DNA of 64,000 bases from an uncultured Candidatus Rokubacteria bacterium (GCA_963826115.1 CAWGVS010000003.1:1-64000); one strand, 5' to 3'. Numbered from the stretch's first letter, positions 20,769 to 30,987 are shown. The notes: a model not told the origin generated them from the sequence alone. A program made the numbers and translations.

Positions 20769-22712
20769 TCACCGACACGCTCGCGCCATCTGCCACGGCG
20801 CCGGACGGAGGTCGAGCCGCCACTCGCGCGCGAAGAACGGGCGGCCGTCGAGCGTCACCTCGCCCCGCAGGCTCGCCGTCTCGAACGTCTGCGACATCTC
20901 GAGCCGGACCTCGATGGCCGCCGGACCGCCAACAACCCGCCAGGTCTGGCGGCCGTCCATGCGCAGCGCCTCGGGCCGGTCGGTCGGGACGTCGATCCGA
21001 GACTCGAGCTCCCACGCGAGCTCGGCGTCGCCGTCCAGACGGACGCGGGAGACCCGGCGGAGCTCGTACCCGGCCGACCGGCCGTCGAGGGCGCGCCGCA
21101 CCGCGTGCTCGCTACGCGTCTCGAGGAGGGCCGTCGGACGGTCGAGCACGGGCGGCTCGAAGGCCGGCGGGGGATCGAACGGCGCGTCGACGGGCTCGAC
21201 GGACAGGCGGAGACGCGTGCCCCCGGTTGGAGACCGACCGATCCTGAACGTGGCGACCTCGGGCGCGGGAACGATCGCCGGGAAGTGCGAGCCGGCCACC
21301 GCCAGCCGGAGCCGGTGCCCGGGAGGCAAGCGGTAGGAGGTCGGAGCGAGCGGGACCCGGATCTCGTAGACGCGCGCGGGGTCGAGTCCCTCGCCTACCA
21401 CGTGGGCGGGGCGGACCCAGCCCTGGGAGATCAGCGTCGAGAACCCGCTCGGCGCGACGTCGGCGAGCCACGCGCGGAGCGGCACGTCCGGGCGATCGGC
21501 GCGGAGGGCGACGACGGCCTCGAGCGCGCCCGTGACGCGCAGCCCCCGGGGATAGGGCACGGTCGTCCAGCAGCACGCCCGATGATCGTCGGGCGAGATG
21601 TCGGGTGGCGTCGACGGCGTCGGCGTGGTCCAGTCCCAGGGAAGCGCCGCGAGACCGACCGTCGGGTCGACCCGGTAGACGTCCTCACCGGCCTCCAGCG
21701 GCGGCGCCGACGACAGCGCTCCGTCCGGGCCGGCGAAGAGCTCGCTCGGCACGGCCGTCCGGGGCGGCCAGCACTCGGCGGTCCGCCAGCCGGTCCCGAG
21801 CTGCTCGTAGAAGGTCACGGCCGGCCCGGCCCCTCGGCGGTCGCTCGTCCGTCCCTTCAGCCAGTGATCGAACCAGTCGGCCATCGCCGCGAAGAAGCCG
21901 ATCGGGTGATGGACCGCGAGGTCCGGCAGCTCGTGCTTCCACGGCCCGAGGAGCAGCCGACGGGGGCCCCGCAGGCGGTCGTGGTAGGCCACCGTCTCGC
22001 GCGGGTAGCAGTCGTGCCACGCGGAGATCGCGAAGGTCGGCGCCTCGATGGCCTCGACGTCCGCCGCCCAGCCGGCCCACGTCTCCGGCGGGATCGCGTG
22101 CCAGTGGAACGGGAACGGCCGATCGATCGCCTCGAGCCGCGCCCGCCAGCGCTCCCGCCAGCCCTCGCCGAAGCGGAGCGGGGGGAGCAGCTGGATGCCG
22201 GCCATCCGGAAGCCCCAGTCGAGCTCCCCCGTGAGCGCGCCGCGGCAGCCGTGGGGCCAGAGCACGCCCGTGAACTCGTCGTCGATCGCGTGGATCGCGA
22301 CGATCGCGCCGAGGGAGGGCGGGCGCGTGGACGCGATCGACAGCGCCGTGTCCCCGCCGTACGAGATGCCCCAGATCCCGGTCCGGCCCGTGCACCAGGG
22401 CTGAGCCGCGATCCAGGCCAGCGCGTCGTGGCCATCGTGCTTCTCGCTCGGCGCGAACGGCGGCGACGGCACGCCCTCCGACTCGCCGTAGCCGCGCATG
22501 TCGAGGCTCAGGCACGCGTAGCCGCGGCGCGCGAGCGCGATCTGACCGACCTCGACGCCGCCGCGCCCGCCGATGCCGTCCTTGAGGTAGGGCGTGTACT
22601 GGAGGAGCGCCGGATACCGGCCCGCCGCCGCGGGGCGATAGAGGTTCGCGGCCAGATGCGTGCCGTCCCGCACCGGGATCCTGATGTCGCGCTCGATCCG
22701 GATGTCGTCCAT
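20769..22712 (-). CDS. CocE/NonD family hydrolase
   Basis: IPVRDGTHLAANLYRP, YTPYLK, DMRGYGESEG, QPWCTGRTGIWGISYGG, GPWKH. Confidence 0.92.
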   Translation of the reverse strand: MDDIRIERDIRIPVRDGTHLAANLYRPAAAGRYPALLQYTPYLKDGIGGRGGVEVGQIALARRGYACLSLDMRGYGESEGVPSPPFAPSEKHDGHDALAWIAAQPWCTGRTGIWGISYGGDTALSIASTRPPSLGAIVAIHAIDDEFTGVLWPHGCRGALTGELDWGFRMAGIQLLPPLRFGEGWRERWRARLEAIDRPFPFHWHAIPPETWAGWAADVEAIEAPTFAISAWHDCYPRETVAYHDRLRGPRRLLLGPWKHELPDLAVHHPIGFFAAMADWFDHWLKGRTSDRRGAGPAVTFYEQLGTGWRTAECWPPRTAVPSELFAGPDGALSSAPPLEAGEDVYRVDPTVGLAALPWDWTTPTPSTPPDISPDDHRACCWTTVPYPRGLRVTGALEAVVALRADRPDVPLRAWLADVAPSGFSTLISQGWVRPAHVVGEGLDPARVYEIRVPLAPTSYRLPPGHRLRLAVAGSHFPAIVPAPEVATFRIGRSPTGGTRLRLSVEPVDAPFDPPPAFEPPVLDRPTALLETRSEHAVRRALDGRSAGYELRRVSRVRLDGDAELAWELESRIDVPTDRPEALRMDGRQTWRVVGGPAAIEVRLEMSQTFETASLRGEVTLDGRPFFAREWRLDLRPAPWQMARACR

Positions 22713-22781
22713 CAGCGGCTCGCGCCCCCCGATACCCTGCCCCGGAGCCGGGCCGCGGGGCAAGCCGGGGCGACGCCGCGC

Positions 22782-24425
22782 CTAGACAATCTCGCGATAC
22801 CAGAACGCCATGACCGCTCCCAGGGCCACGATCAGGCTCGGCCAGAGGAGCCCGGCCGCCCGCCGGGGGATGAACTCGCGAAGCTCGAGCCACCGGACGA
22901 CGCCCGCCAGGAGGCCGAGCGCGCCGAGAATCGTGTGCTGGACGCCGATCAGCGTCTCCAGCCGGTCGGTGCCGGCGAATCCCTGGTGCACGTGGCCGAG
23001 GAACAGGAGGCTGCCCGCGATCAGGACGATGGGGAGCGCGCGGCCGAGGGGCTGATCGGGCTCGCGGTGAGCCATGGCGCGCCAGCCCAGGCAGGCGAGC
23101 AGCACGACGATCCCCGCGCCCAGGCGGTGCCCGATGACCGACGGGTTGCCGAGCCCGACCGAAAGGGCCACCGGGCCGAGCGGCCAGAACTCCGGATCGC
23201 TGGCCACGATGATGAAGGCGGCGAACGGCAGGAGGATCGCGGGCCACAGCCAGCCCACCACCCGGCCGAGCCGGCCGCCTCGCTGCTGGATGAGCCACGC
23301 CAGCCCGAGGAAGCAGACCGTCACGCCGGACCACGCGTGGGTGAACTCCGCGTAGCGGAGGTCCCCGGGCAGGCGGGTCGGCGCGCCGATCCAGGTCATC
23401 GGATCGTCGATCGACGTCGCCGGGAGTCTCGGCGTCGCGAGCGTCCGCACCTCGGCGCCGGTCAGGCGCAGCGCGCCGTCCGCGCCGGGCGGGGCCACGG
23501 AGGCCAGGATGCCCGCGACCGCGATCACCAGCACGCCCGCCACGACCTCCAGCTCGAGCGCACGCGAGAGGCGCGCGAGCGCCGGCCGGGCGTCGGGCCC
23601 CGCCAGAAGCGCCGGGCGGACCAGCCGGGAGTTCACGAAGGCGCCCGCCAGGAGCGGCACCGTGAGGGCGAGCTTCGTGAGCAGCGTGAGCCCGTACGCC
23701 GACGTCAGGAAGGCGCCGGGAGCGCCGAGATAGCGCCACGCGGCGAACAGACCGGACGCGGCGAGCAGTCCCGCCGCGGTGGCCGCCAGCGGCGAGAAGC
23801 GTGCCACGATCGCCGCCACCAGCCGTCGGGCGCCAGGCGTCGTCGCGCGTCGGAGGACGGCGCGCGCGGCCAGAAGCTGTCCCACCACTCCCATCCAGGC
23901 CGCGCCGGCCAGGAGGTGCGCGAGCTGAACCGCGATGGCGAGGCCCCGCCCGGTGGGCTGCGCGGCGGCGTGACCGGCGAGGCTCCGGGCGAGCACCGCG
24001 GCGCCCGCGAGGATCGCCGTCGCCCGCCAGGCGCCTCCCGCGCCCAGGGGATCGCGCCGGGCCCGCGCGATCGTCACCGCCGCCAGCAGAAGAGCCGACC
24101 CCTCGACGAGCGCGAGCCGGCCGGTCACGGTCGCGAGCGCGAACCGCCCGATCAGGCCGGCATCGACGCCCGCCAGCACGGTCGTGTCCTCGATGTCGGC
24201 GACCCGGTTCGGCAGCTGGAGGAGAACGGCGAGCCCGGCGAGGGCGGCGGCACCCGCTCCCCACCGGGCAGCCGATAGTGCGAGCCCGCGCGCCGCGACC
24301 AGCGCCTCCGGGTCGTCGTACAGGGCGCGGAGCGCCGGCATCACGAGGGCGAGGACGATGATCGGCGCGGCGAGCGCGGCGTACATCCCGGCCAGCTCGA
24401 TCGTGCGGAGCAGCACGTCACCCAT
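22782..24425 (-). CDS. copD: CopD-family copper uptake membrane protein with extended C-terminal membrane domain
   Basis: SLAGHAAA, HLLAGAAWMG, RFS, SAYGLTLLTKL; adjacent to copC. Confidence 0.82.
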   Translation of the reverse strand: MGDVLLRTIELAGMYAALAAPIIVLALVMPALRALYDDPEALVAARGLALSAARWGAGAAALAGLAVLLQLPNRVADIEDTTVLAGVDAGLIGRFALATVTGRLALVEGSALLLAAVTIARARRDPLGAGGAWRATAILAGAAVLARSLAGHAAAQPTGRGLAIAVQLAHLLAGAAWMGVVGQLLAARAVLRRATTPGARRLVAAIVARFSPLAATAAGLLAASGLFAAWRYLGAPGAFLTSAYGLTLLTKLALTVPLLAGAFVNSRLVRPALLAGPDARPALARLSRALELEVVAGVLVIAVAGILASVAPPGADGALRLTGAEVRTLATPRLPATSIDDPMTWIGAPTRLPGDLRYAEFTHAWSGVTVCFLGLAWLIQQRGGRLGRVVGWLWPAILLPFAAFIIVASDPEFWPLGPVALSVGLGNPSVIGHRLGAGIVVLLACLGWRAMAHREPDQPLGRALPIVLIAGSLLFLGHVHQGFAGTDRLETLIGVQHTILGALGLLAGVVRWLELREFIPRRAAGLLWPSLIVALGAVMAFWYREIV

Positions 24426-24437
24426 CGGTCGGACCGC

Positions 24438-24833
24438 TCACTCGACGCGGAAGCGGATCAGGCCCCGCGTCGCGTGGCCGTCCCGCGAGACGACTCGCCA
24501 GCGGACGACGTGCGGGCCAGGCGCGAGGGACGGCAGCGCGGCGACGAGACAGGTCCCTTCCCGGGGATCGACGGCGGCGACCAGCGGCACGGGTGGGCGA
24601 GACGACCCTCCCGCCGGGCCGCCCGCGTCAACCAGCTCGATCGCGTGGAACTGTCGCTCGAGCAGCTCGTTGAAGCAGAGGGCCAGCTCGCGGGGCGCGA
24701 CGGCCAGGCTCGCGCCGTCGGGCGGTGACGAGCGAACGAGCCGGGCGTGCGCGGCCGCGGCCCCCGGCAGAACGAGGACGCTCAGCGCGGCGGCGGCCAG
24801 CCTCACGCAGAGCCCGCCGCCCCGCGCGCGCAC
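24438..24833 (-). CDS. copC: copper resistance protein CopC
   Basis: Signal peptide then HARLVRSSP; WRVVSRDGH. Confidence 0.88.
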   Translation of the reverse strand: MRARGGGLCVRLAAAALSVLVLPGAAAAHARLVRSSPPDGASLAVAPRELALCFNELLERQFHAIELVDAGGPAGGSSRPPVPLVAAVDPREGTCLVAALPSLAPGPHVVRWRVVSRDGHATRGLIRFRVE

Positions 24834-24995
24834 TCTCGCCCTCGTCGCCCCGCCCGGGAACGTCCCTGTCGCAGCCTCGGGGATCCCACGTCGCGGCGGC
24901 CGACTGAACGTTGCACGAGAGCGCCCAGGCCGTCTTCGTCGGGGAGGAGTCCCCGACTCGTCATTCGGCTTCCTGGGCGGCGTGGGGAGCCGTGC

Positions 24996-26276
24996 TCAGC
25001 TTCGCGCGCCCGGTGAAGGCGGCGGTACGATGGAGACCCCTTCCTCGATCGTCCACTTCCGCGCCGTCAGCTCCTGCCGCGTTCGCGGCGACAGCTTGCC
25101 GGCGATCCACAGGCGCGGCGGCTTGGCGCCGGTCAGATCGGACCGCGCCGCGAAGTTCGCAACCCGCTCGGTCCAGGAGACGTAGTTCACGGCGGCGGGT
25201 ACCACCACGGCACCGTCCGCGGTCTCCCCCAGCACCGTGCTGGCCACGCGCACCCGCGTGACGGGCACCGCCTGGTGATGGCGGGCCAGGATGGCGACGG
25301 AGCCGGCCATGAACCGCGCCTGGGTCTCGGAGCGGGCGGTGAGCGCCCAATCGACGACGTCGGACCGCCCGGGGCCCGGGCCCAGCGCGACCAGGCTGTC
25401 GACGAAGGCCAGCCGGATCGTGTGGGTGAAGGACGGCTGCCTGAGGAAGCGGTCGATCGGATCCTGGGCGACGCCCAGGCCCTTGAGATGCGTCTCCATC
25501 CGCACGCGGAGGTCGCCCGGAGTCATGTCCCACACGAGGTCGCTGACCCAGTCGCGGGTGAACTTGATGGCGAAGCCACCCGGCACGAACCCGATCACGG
25601 TGTCCGGGCCGAACTCGCCGCCCCACACCGCCCAGGCCGCGCTGTCGAGCTTGTCGGCCAGGACCTTGTTTCGCGTGTACGGGTCCACTCCGAGGTACTT
25701 GGACAGACGCCGGCGCGCGTCGTCGTAGCCGATCACGCTCTGCCCCGCCATGGTCGCGCCTTCCTTGACCTCGTCGCTGGTGCTCGACGTCGATTCTCCC
25801 TCCTGTGCGTCACCGACGTTCTGCGCCCCGGTCTTGACGTCGCGCGCGATGCGATCGAAGAAGCGCCCGACCCCCGCCGGAATGCCCTTGACCGTCTCCA
25901 CGGGGTTCGTCACTGCCGTCTTGAGCGACTGGCCGGTCCGCTTCATGGACGCGGCCATGGCCTTCTGGAAGATCTCCGAGCTCTCGGTCTTGGACAGCAC
26001 GTCGAGCGCCTGGATCTCCGCCGCCCGCACGGCCACCATCCCGGGGCCCTCGGCCACGAACTCGCCGAAGGAAGAATGGAACGTCGTCTTCGTCACGAGG
26101 CCGTCCGTTGTGACGCGCTCGTCGATCTTGTAGACCTGGCTCTGGAGGAGCTCCGGCGGCGCGACGTCCGCCGCCCGGAGGACGGCGGCGGTCTCGTACG
26201 GCGACTGCGCTCCCGCCACCGTCAGTCCGAAGACGACGCCGAGTGCGGTTGCGACGAGGACTCTGCGCTGCTTCAT
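24996..26276 (-). CDS. secreted hypothetical protein
   Basis: Sec signal peptide; strong coding bias; LGVDPYTRN motif. Confidence 0.8.
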   Translation of the reverse strand: MKQRRVLVATALGVVFGLTVAGAQSPYETAAVLRAADVAPPELLQSQVYKIDERVTTDGLVTKTTFHSSFGEFVAEGPGMVAVRAAEIQALDVLSKTESSEIFQKAMAASMKRTGQSLKTAVTNPVETVKGIPAGVGRFFDRIARDVKTGAQNVGDAQEGESTSSTSDEVKEGATMAGQSVIGYDDARRRLSKYLGVDPYTRNKVLADKLDSAAWAVWGGEFGPDTVIGFVPGGFAIKFTRDWVSDLVWDMTPGDLRVRMETHLKGLGVAQDPIDRFLRQPSFTHTIRLAFVDSLVALGPGPGRSDVVDWALTARSETQARFMAGSVAILARHHQAVPVTRVRVASTVLGETADGAVVVPAAVNYVSWTERVANFAARSDLTGAKPPRLWIAGKLSPRTRQELTARKWTIEEGVSIVPPPSPGARS

Positions 26277-26304
26277 CTAAAGCCCCTCTTGCTCTGGACG
26301 TGTT

Positions 26305-26420
26305 CCCGCCATGGCCCGATGGGCATGGCGGGAATGAATGATGTCGTTGGAAACATGACCGGTCTCGATCCTCCTCGGCCACCGTACCATGGCCGGCACG
26401 CCGTGGGCGCCCTCCCAGCA
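26305..26420 (-). pseudogene. arylsulfatase gene fragment
   Basis: Minus strand reads CWEGAHGVPAMVRWPRRIETGHVSNDIIH, matching WEGAYRVPAMVRWPGQIKPGSVSNEMVSH of the intact sulfatase at 28550. Confidence 0.75.
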
Positions 26421-26727
26421 GGATTGCCGTGCTCCATCTCCACGTTGCCACATCAGTTGCTCTCCTTTCCGAGCTCGCGCTCGACTTCCGCTTGTGTACC
26501 CAAGCGGTCGGGCCTCATGGTCGCGCCGAGACGCGGCAGCACGGCGCGCACGGCGTCACCACGCCACCCGTCCGCACGTGGCGATCACGACTTCTCCGCG
26601 CTCGGCGCGCCCGATCTTCGGTCCGGACATTCAGGCTCGCGCGATTCCGGATTGCGCTAGAGTGTTCGCGTACCTGACGATCCGGCTTCAGGTCGCTCGC
26701 CGAACCCTCGCGCTCGTGGAGGTTTCC

Positions 26728-28116
26728 GTGTCCGAGCCCCTCGACTCCTGGACCGCCGAGCAGTTGCTCCACGCCTACCGCACCCGGGCGCTGTCGCCGG
26801 TCGAGGCCACCCGCGCCGCGCTCGCACGCATCGAGAAGCTGAACGGAACGGTCAACGCCTATTGCCGGGTCGACGCCGACGGCGCCATGGAAGCGGCCCG
26901 GGCCAGCGAGGCGCGCTGGGCGCGAGGCGCGCCGCAGGGCCTCCTCGACGGGGTGCCGCTGTCGATCAAGGACCTCCTGCTCACTCGGGGCATGCCGACG
27001 CTCGGCGGCTCGCGCACGGTGAACCCCGACCAGCCGTGGCGAGACGACGCCCCGGCGGTCGCGCGCGTCCGCGAGCACGGGGCGGTGATCCTCGGCAAGA
27101 CCACCACACCCGAGCTCGGCCACAAGTTCGTGACCGACAGCCCCCTCACGGGCATCACCCGGAACCCGTGGAACCTCGAGCGGAGCCCCGGCGGCAGCAG
27201 CGGGGGCGCCGCGGCCGCGGTCGCCGCGGGACTCGGCCCGGTGGCGGTGGGAACCGACGGCGGCGGCTCCATCCGCATCCCCGCGACGTGGAGCGGCATC
27301 TTCGGCCACAAGCCGACGGCAGGCCGCGTCCCGATCTGGCCGCCATCTCGGTGGGGCATGCTCTCGAACGTGGGGCCGATGACCCGCACCGTGGCGGACG
27401 CGGCGCTCCTCCTCACCGTGCTGGCGGGCCCGGACCGTCGGGATCCGGTCGCGCTGGCCCCGGACGGCCGCGACTACCGGATCGGTCTCGAGGACGGCGT
27501 GGCGGGGCTGCGCGTCGCCTACAGCCCGGACCTCGGGCTGGCGGATGTGGAGCCGGAGATCGCCGCGAGCGTGGAGGAAGCGACGCGGACGCTCGAGCGC
27601 CTCGGCGCGCGGGTGAGCGCGATCGCTCCGCCCGGCATCGAGGACATCGTGCCGACGCACCGCACCTGTTACATGGCGATCTTCGCGCAGTTCCTCGAGG
27701 GACTGACGCCCGAGCAGCAGGACCTCCTCGATCCGTACCTCCGCGCCGGCGCCGAGGCCGGCCGGAAGATCACGGCCGCGGCGTACCATGCGGCCCTGAT
27801 GACCCGCCTGGCGGTGGCCGCCCGGATGGAGGCCCTGTTTGCCGACTACGACCTCCTCGTGCTACCCGGCTTCCACGTGCCGGCCCCGCCGGTCCCGGGC
27901 CTGCCCGACGGGCTCCGCGGGAAGGCCCCCGCGCTCACGTGCTGGGCGAACCATACCGGCCAGCCGGTCGCCAGCGTCCCCTGCGGGCTCACGCGGGAGC
28001 GGCTCCCGATCGGCATGCAGATCGCGGGGCCGCGCTTCGCCGACGCCCTGGTGCTCAGGGCAGCCCGGGCCTACGAAGCGGCCCGCGGCCCGTTCCCCCG
28101 TCCACCCCTGGCATGA
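26728..28116 (+). CDS. amidase (amidase signature family)
   Basis: LDGVPLSIKD, GKTTTPE, SPGGSSGGAAAAVA, GTDGGGSIRIPA; GTG start after GGAGG. Confidence 0.93.
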   Translation: MSEPLDSWTAEQLLHAYRTRALSPVEATRAALARIEKLNGTVNAYCRVDADGAMEAARASEARWARGAPQGLLDGVPLSIKDLLLTRGMPTLGGSRTVNPDQPWRDDAPAVARVREHGAVILGKTTTPELGHKFVTDSPLTGITRNPWNLERSPGGSSGGAAAAVAAGLGPVAVGTDGGGSIRIPATWSGIFGHKPTAGRVPIWPPSRWGMLSNVGPMTRTVADAALLLTVLAGPDRRDPVALAPDGRDYRIGLEDGVAGLRVAYSPDLGLADVEPEIAASVEEATRTLERLGARVSAIAPPGIEDIVPTHRTCYMAIFAQFLEGLTPEQQDLLDPYLRAGAEAGRKITAAAYHAALMTRLAVAARMEALFADYDLLVLPGFHVPAPPVPGLPDGLRGKAPALTCWANHTGQPVASVPCGLTRERLPIGMQIAGPRFADALVLRAARAYEAARGPFPRPPLA

Positions 28117-28174
28117 CTCCCACGCTCGGTCCCGACGGGGACCGACCTTCACGAAACGAACAGGAGGAGCGAGC

Positions 28175-28274
28175 ATGAGCGTCCCCGGCAGCGGCCATCC
28201 TCCTGGCAGCGATCGGCGCCAACCTCCTCGGCGAAGGGATGCGTGACCTCCTGGATCCCCGCCTCCGCGTGTAG
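28175..28274 (+). pseudogene. deletion scar: RBS+ATG joined out of frame to a DppC/OppC permease C-terminus
   Basis: AGGAGG-ATG at 28175; another frame reads PAAAILLAAIGANLLGEGMRDLLDPRLRV* (TAG 28272-28274). Confidence 0.75.
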
Positions 28275-28549
28275 CGCGGGAATCGCCCCGATCGCACCCC
28301 CGCGTTCTCCGGCTGGTCGTGCCGCGGCGGCGGCGAGGTCAATGCCCGACATCCACTGCCCGCTGAGGCGCCCCCTGTCATCTCTGACAGTTGTGAGCAA
28401 CCCGGCCAGTTGACAGAGTGCCAGCGTCACGGTTCGCCAAAGCTCTACCCGTCTCCGAGCGGAGGCGGCGAGCCAGCGAGATTCGGGGCGAGCATCCACG
28501 GCATCAACCGAAGTGCCGGGCCCGGAGGCTCGGCGAAGAGGAGCGAGCG

Positions 28550-30139
28550 ATGCAGAGACGAAGTATCTGGCCCCGCGCGGTCGCCATGCTCGTCGCGGGC
28601 GCGCTGTGTGCGTCGCTCGCGCCGGCCGAGGCGCAGGCGCCGGCCAAGAAGCCAAACATCCTCGTCATCTGGGGTGACGACATCGGCCAGTCGAACCTGA
28701 GCGTCTTCACCAAAGGGCTGATGGGCTACCAGACGCCCAACATCGACCGCATCGCCAGCGAGGGGATGCTTTTCACGGACTACTACGCGGAGCAGAGCTG
28801 CACCGCGGGGCGGGCGGCGTTCATCATGGGGCAGAGCGTGTTCCGGTCCGGCCTGTCGAAGGTCGGGCTCCCCGGAGCCGCCAGCGGCATGCGCCCCGAG
28901 GATCCGACGATCGCCGAGCTTCTCAAGCCCCTCGGCTACGCCACCGGACAGTTCGGGAAGAACCATCTCGGCGACCGCGATGAGCCCCTGCCGACGATGC
29001 ACGGCTTCGACGAGTTCTTCGGCAACCTCTATCACCTGAACGCCGAGGAGGAGCCGGAGCTGCGCGACTACCCGTCCGAGAAGGACTTCCCGGGGTTCCG
29101 CCAGAAGTTCGGCCCGCGGGGCGTGCTCCACACCTGGGCGAATCCGGACGGCACGCAGCGGATCGACAACACGGGGCCGCTCACGAAGAAGCGGATGGAG
29201 ACCATCGACGACGAGACCCTCGCCGGGACCGTCGACTTCATCAAGCGCCAGCACGCAGCCGGCAAGCCGTTCTTCGTCTGGTTCAACACCACCGGCATGC
29301 ATTTCCGCACGCACGCCAAGCCCGCGAGCCTGGGTCAGTCCGGCCGGTGGCAGTCCGAGTACCACGACGCGATGATCGACCACGACAAGCGGGTCGGCGA
29401 GCTCCTGAAGCTGCTCGACGACCTCGGCATCGCCAACGACACCTTCGTCATGTACTCGACCGACAACGGCCCCCACCGGAACAGCTGGCCCGACGCCGGC
29501 ATGACCCCGTTCCGCAACGAGAAGAACTCGAACTGGGAGGGGGCCTACCGGGTGCCAGCCATGGTGCGCTGGCCGGGCCAGATCAAGCCCGGCTCGGTCT
29601 CCAACGAGATGGTGAGCCATCTGGACTGGCTGCCGACGTTTCTCGCCATGGCCGGGGACGCCGACATCAAGGACAAGCTCCTGAAGGGCCACCAGGCGGG
29701 GGCGAAGACGTTCAAGGTGCACCTGGACGGCTACAACCAGGTCCCGTACCTGACCGGCCAGCGGCCGGACAGCGCCCGCAAGGAGTTCTTCTACTTCTCG
29801 GACGACGGCGATCTGGTCGCGCTCCGGTATGACAACTGGAAAGCCGTGTTCGCCCAGCAGCGGGCCGAGGGGACGATGCTCGTGTGGAGCGAGCCGTTCG
29901 TGCGGACGCGGCTGCCGTGGCTCTTCAACCTGCGCACGGACCCCTACGAGCACGCCACCATCACGTCCAACACGTACTGGGATTGGTACTTCGACCACGT
30001 GTACCTGCTGGTGCCGATGCAGACCTACGTGGGGCAGTTCCTCCAGACCTTCAAGGAGTACCCGCCCCGACAGAAGGCGGCCAGCTTCACCGTCGACCAG
30101 GTCATGGAGAAGCTCACGGAGAGCCTCGGCTCGAAGTAG
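28550..30139 (+). CDS. arylsulfatase (Cys-type, secreted)
   Basis: KPNILVIWGDDIG, SCTAGRAAF, GYATGQFGKNHLG, STDNG, KNSNWEG; signal peptide. Confidence 0.95.
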   Translation: MQRRSIWPRAVAMLVAGALCASLAPAEAQAPAKKPNILVIWGDDIGQSNLSVFTKGLMGYQTPNIDRIASEGMLFTDYYAEQSCTAGRAAFIMGQSVFRSGLSKVGLPGAASGMRPEDPTIAELLKPLGYATGQFGKNHLGDRDEPLPTMHGFDEFFGNLYHLNAEEEPELRDYPSEKDFPGFRQKFGPRGVLHTWANPDGTQRIDNTGPLTKKRMETIDDETLAGTVDFIKRQHAAGKPFFVWFNTTGMHFRTHAKPASLGQSGRWQSEYHDAMIDHDKRVGELLKLLDDLGIANDTFVMYSTDNGPHRNSWPDAGMTPFRNEKNSNWEGAYRVPAMVRWPGQIKPGSVSNEMVSHLDWLPTFLAMAGDADIKDKLLKGHQAGAKTFKVHLDGYNQVPYLTGQRPDSARKEFFYFSDDGDLVALRYDNWKAVFAQQRAEGTMLVWSEPFVRTRLPWLFNLRTDPYEHATITSNTYWDWYFDHVYLLVPMQTYVGQFLQTFKEYPPRQKAASFTVDQVMEKLTESLGSK

Positions 30140-30384
30140 GCGGGAGGGTCGGGCGACGCGGTCCCCGGTGTGGTACGTGGGAGGCCGCGTCGCTCGAACC
30201 TGACCAGCCAACAGGGCCGTCGGACATCGGGCCGCCGCAGGGACACGCGCCGTGCCCTCGCACGCGATACGGAGCACGCGCGCCGGCGCCTCGGCGTCCC
30301 CGGCGACAGACCTGAAGTGCTTGTGCGATGCTCAACGAGCCCCCCCTGACGGGTTGGAAGGAACAGGTCACACCGAAGGATCAG

Positions 30385-30786
30385 TTACTTCCCTGGCCGA
30401 TCAAAGTACTGTCGAACCTTCGCCGCGATCTGCCGATCCGTCATCTTGTCGACCGTGTCAACCCTCACGATGCGTTGGCCGAGCCCCTCACGCTCAAGAT
30501 GGTGTTTGAGTTCTATCTTGGCCTCACCCGGGCCCAACAGGAGAATGGATTCGGCTTCACGAATCAGCGCTGTGACCGCAGCATAGTATTGTTCGAGATG
30601 GTTCGCGAACCGTCGGTCTCGGATGTCTTCAGCCGAGGCCGCCTGGGCGCCCCCGGAAAAGCGTACATGCTTCTCCATCTTCGAGGGAACGCGTTGGATC
30701 GCCTCGCCCACCTTTCCGGCCGCCACGATGACGGCCTGGCGGTGGTCAATCCACACACCCACTTCCTTCAGTACGTCCTTCTTCAT
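30385..30786 (-). CDS. eRF1-domain/host-attachment-like protein of unknown function
   Basis: VGVWIDHRQAVIV, ILLLGPGEAKIEL, DKMTDRQIAAKVRQYF; GGAGGA RBS. Confidence 0.75.
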   Translation of the reverse strand: MKKDVLKEVGVWIDHRQAVIVAAGKVGEAIQRVPSKMEKHVRFSGGAQAASAEDIRDRRFANHLEQYYAAVTALIREAESILLLGPGEAKIELKHHLEREGLGQRIVRVDTVDKMTDRQIAAKVRQYFDRPGK

Positions 30787-30987
30787 TGAGTCCTCCGTCG
30801 TCGTGGTCCCCGAATGGTGTCTGCATCAGCGCCCGCCTCCGGCAACCCCCTTGGAGACGTATCTGTTGGACAACAGGAGTGGTGGACTGCGTCGCCCATG
30901 CTGAGCCACTGGAGCTGCGGCGGCTTGTCGATGACGATGAGGTTGACGTTAGTCCCGGCTACGGAAGCAGTGATCGGCCACCATCCG

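Noticed and set aside
20238-24278. 1346-aa plus-strand ORF
   Set aside because: Antisense shadow of the DUF579-like, cocE and copD genes; Arg/Gly/Pro-rich with no motifs, a typical high-GC artefact
28445-30277. 610-aa minus-strand ORF
   Set aside because: Antisense shadow of the arylsulfatase
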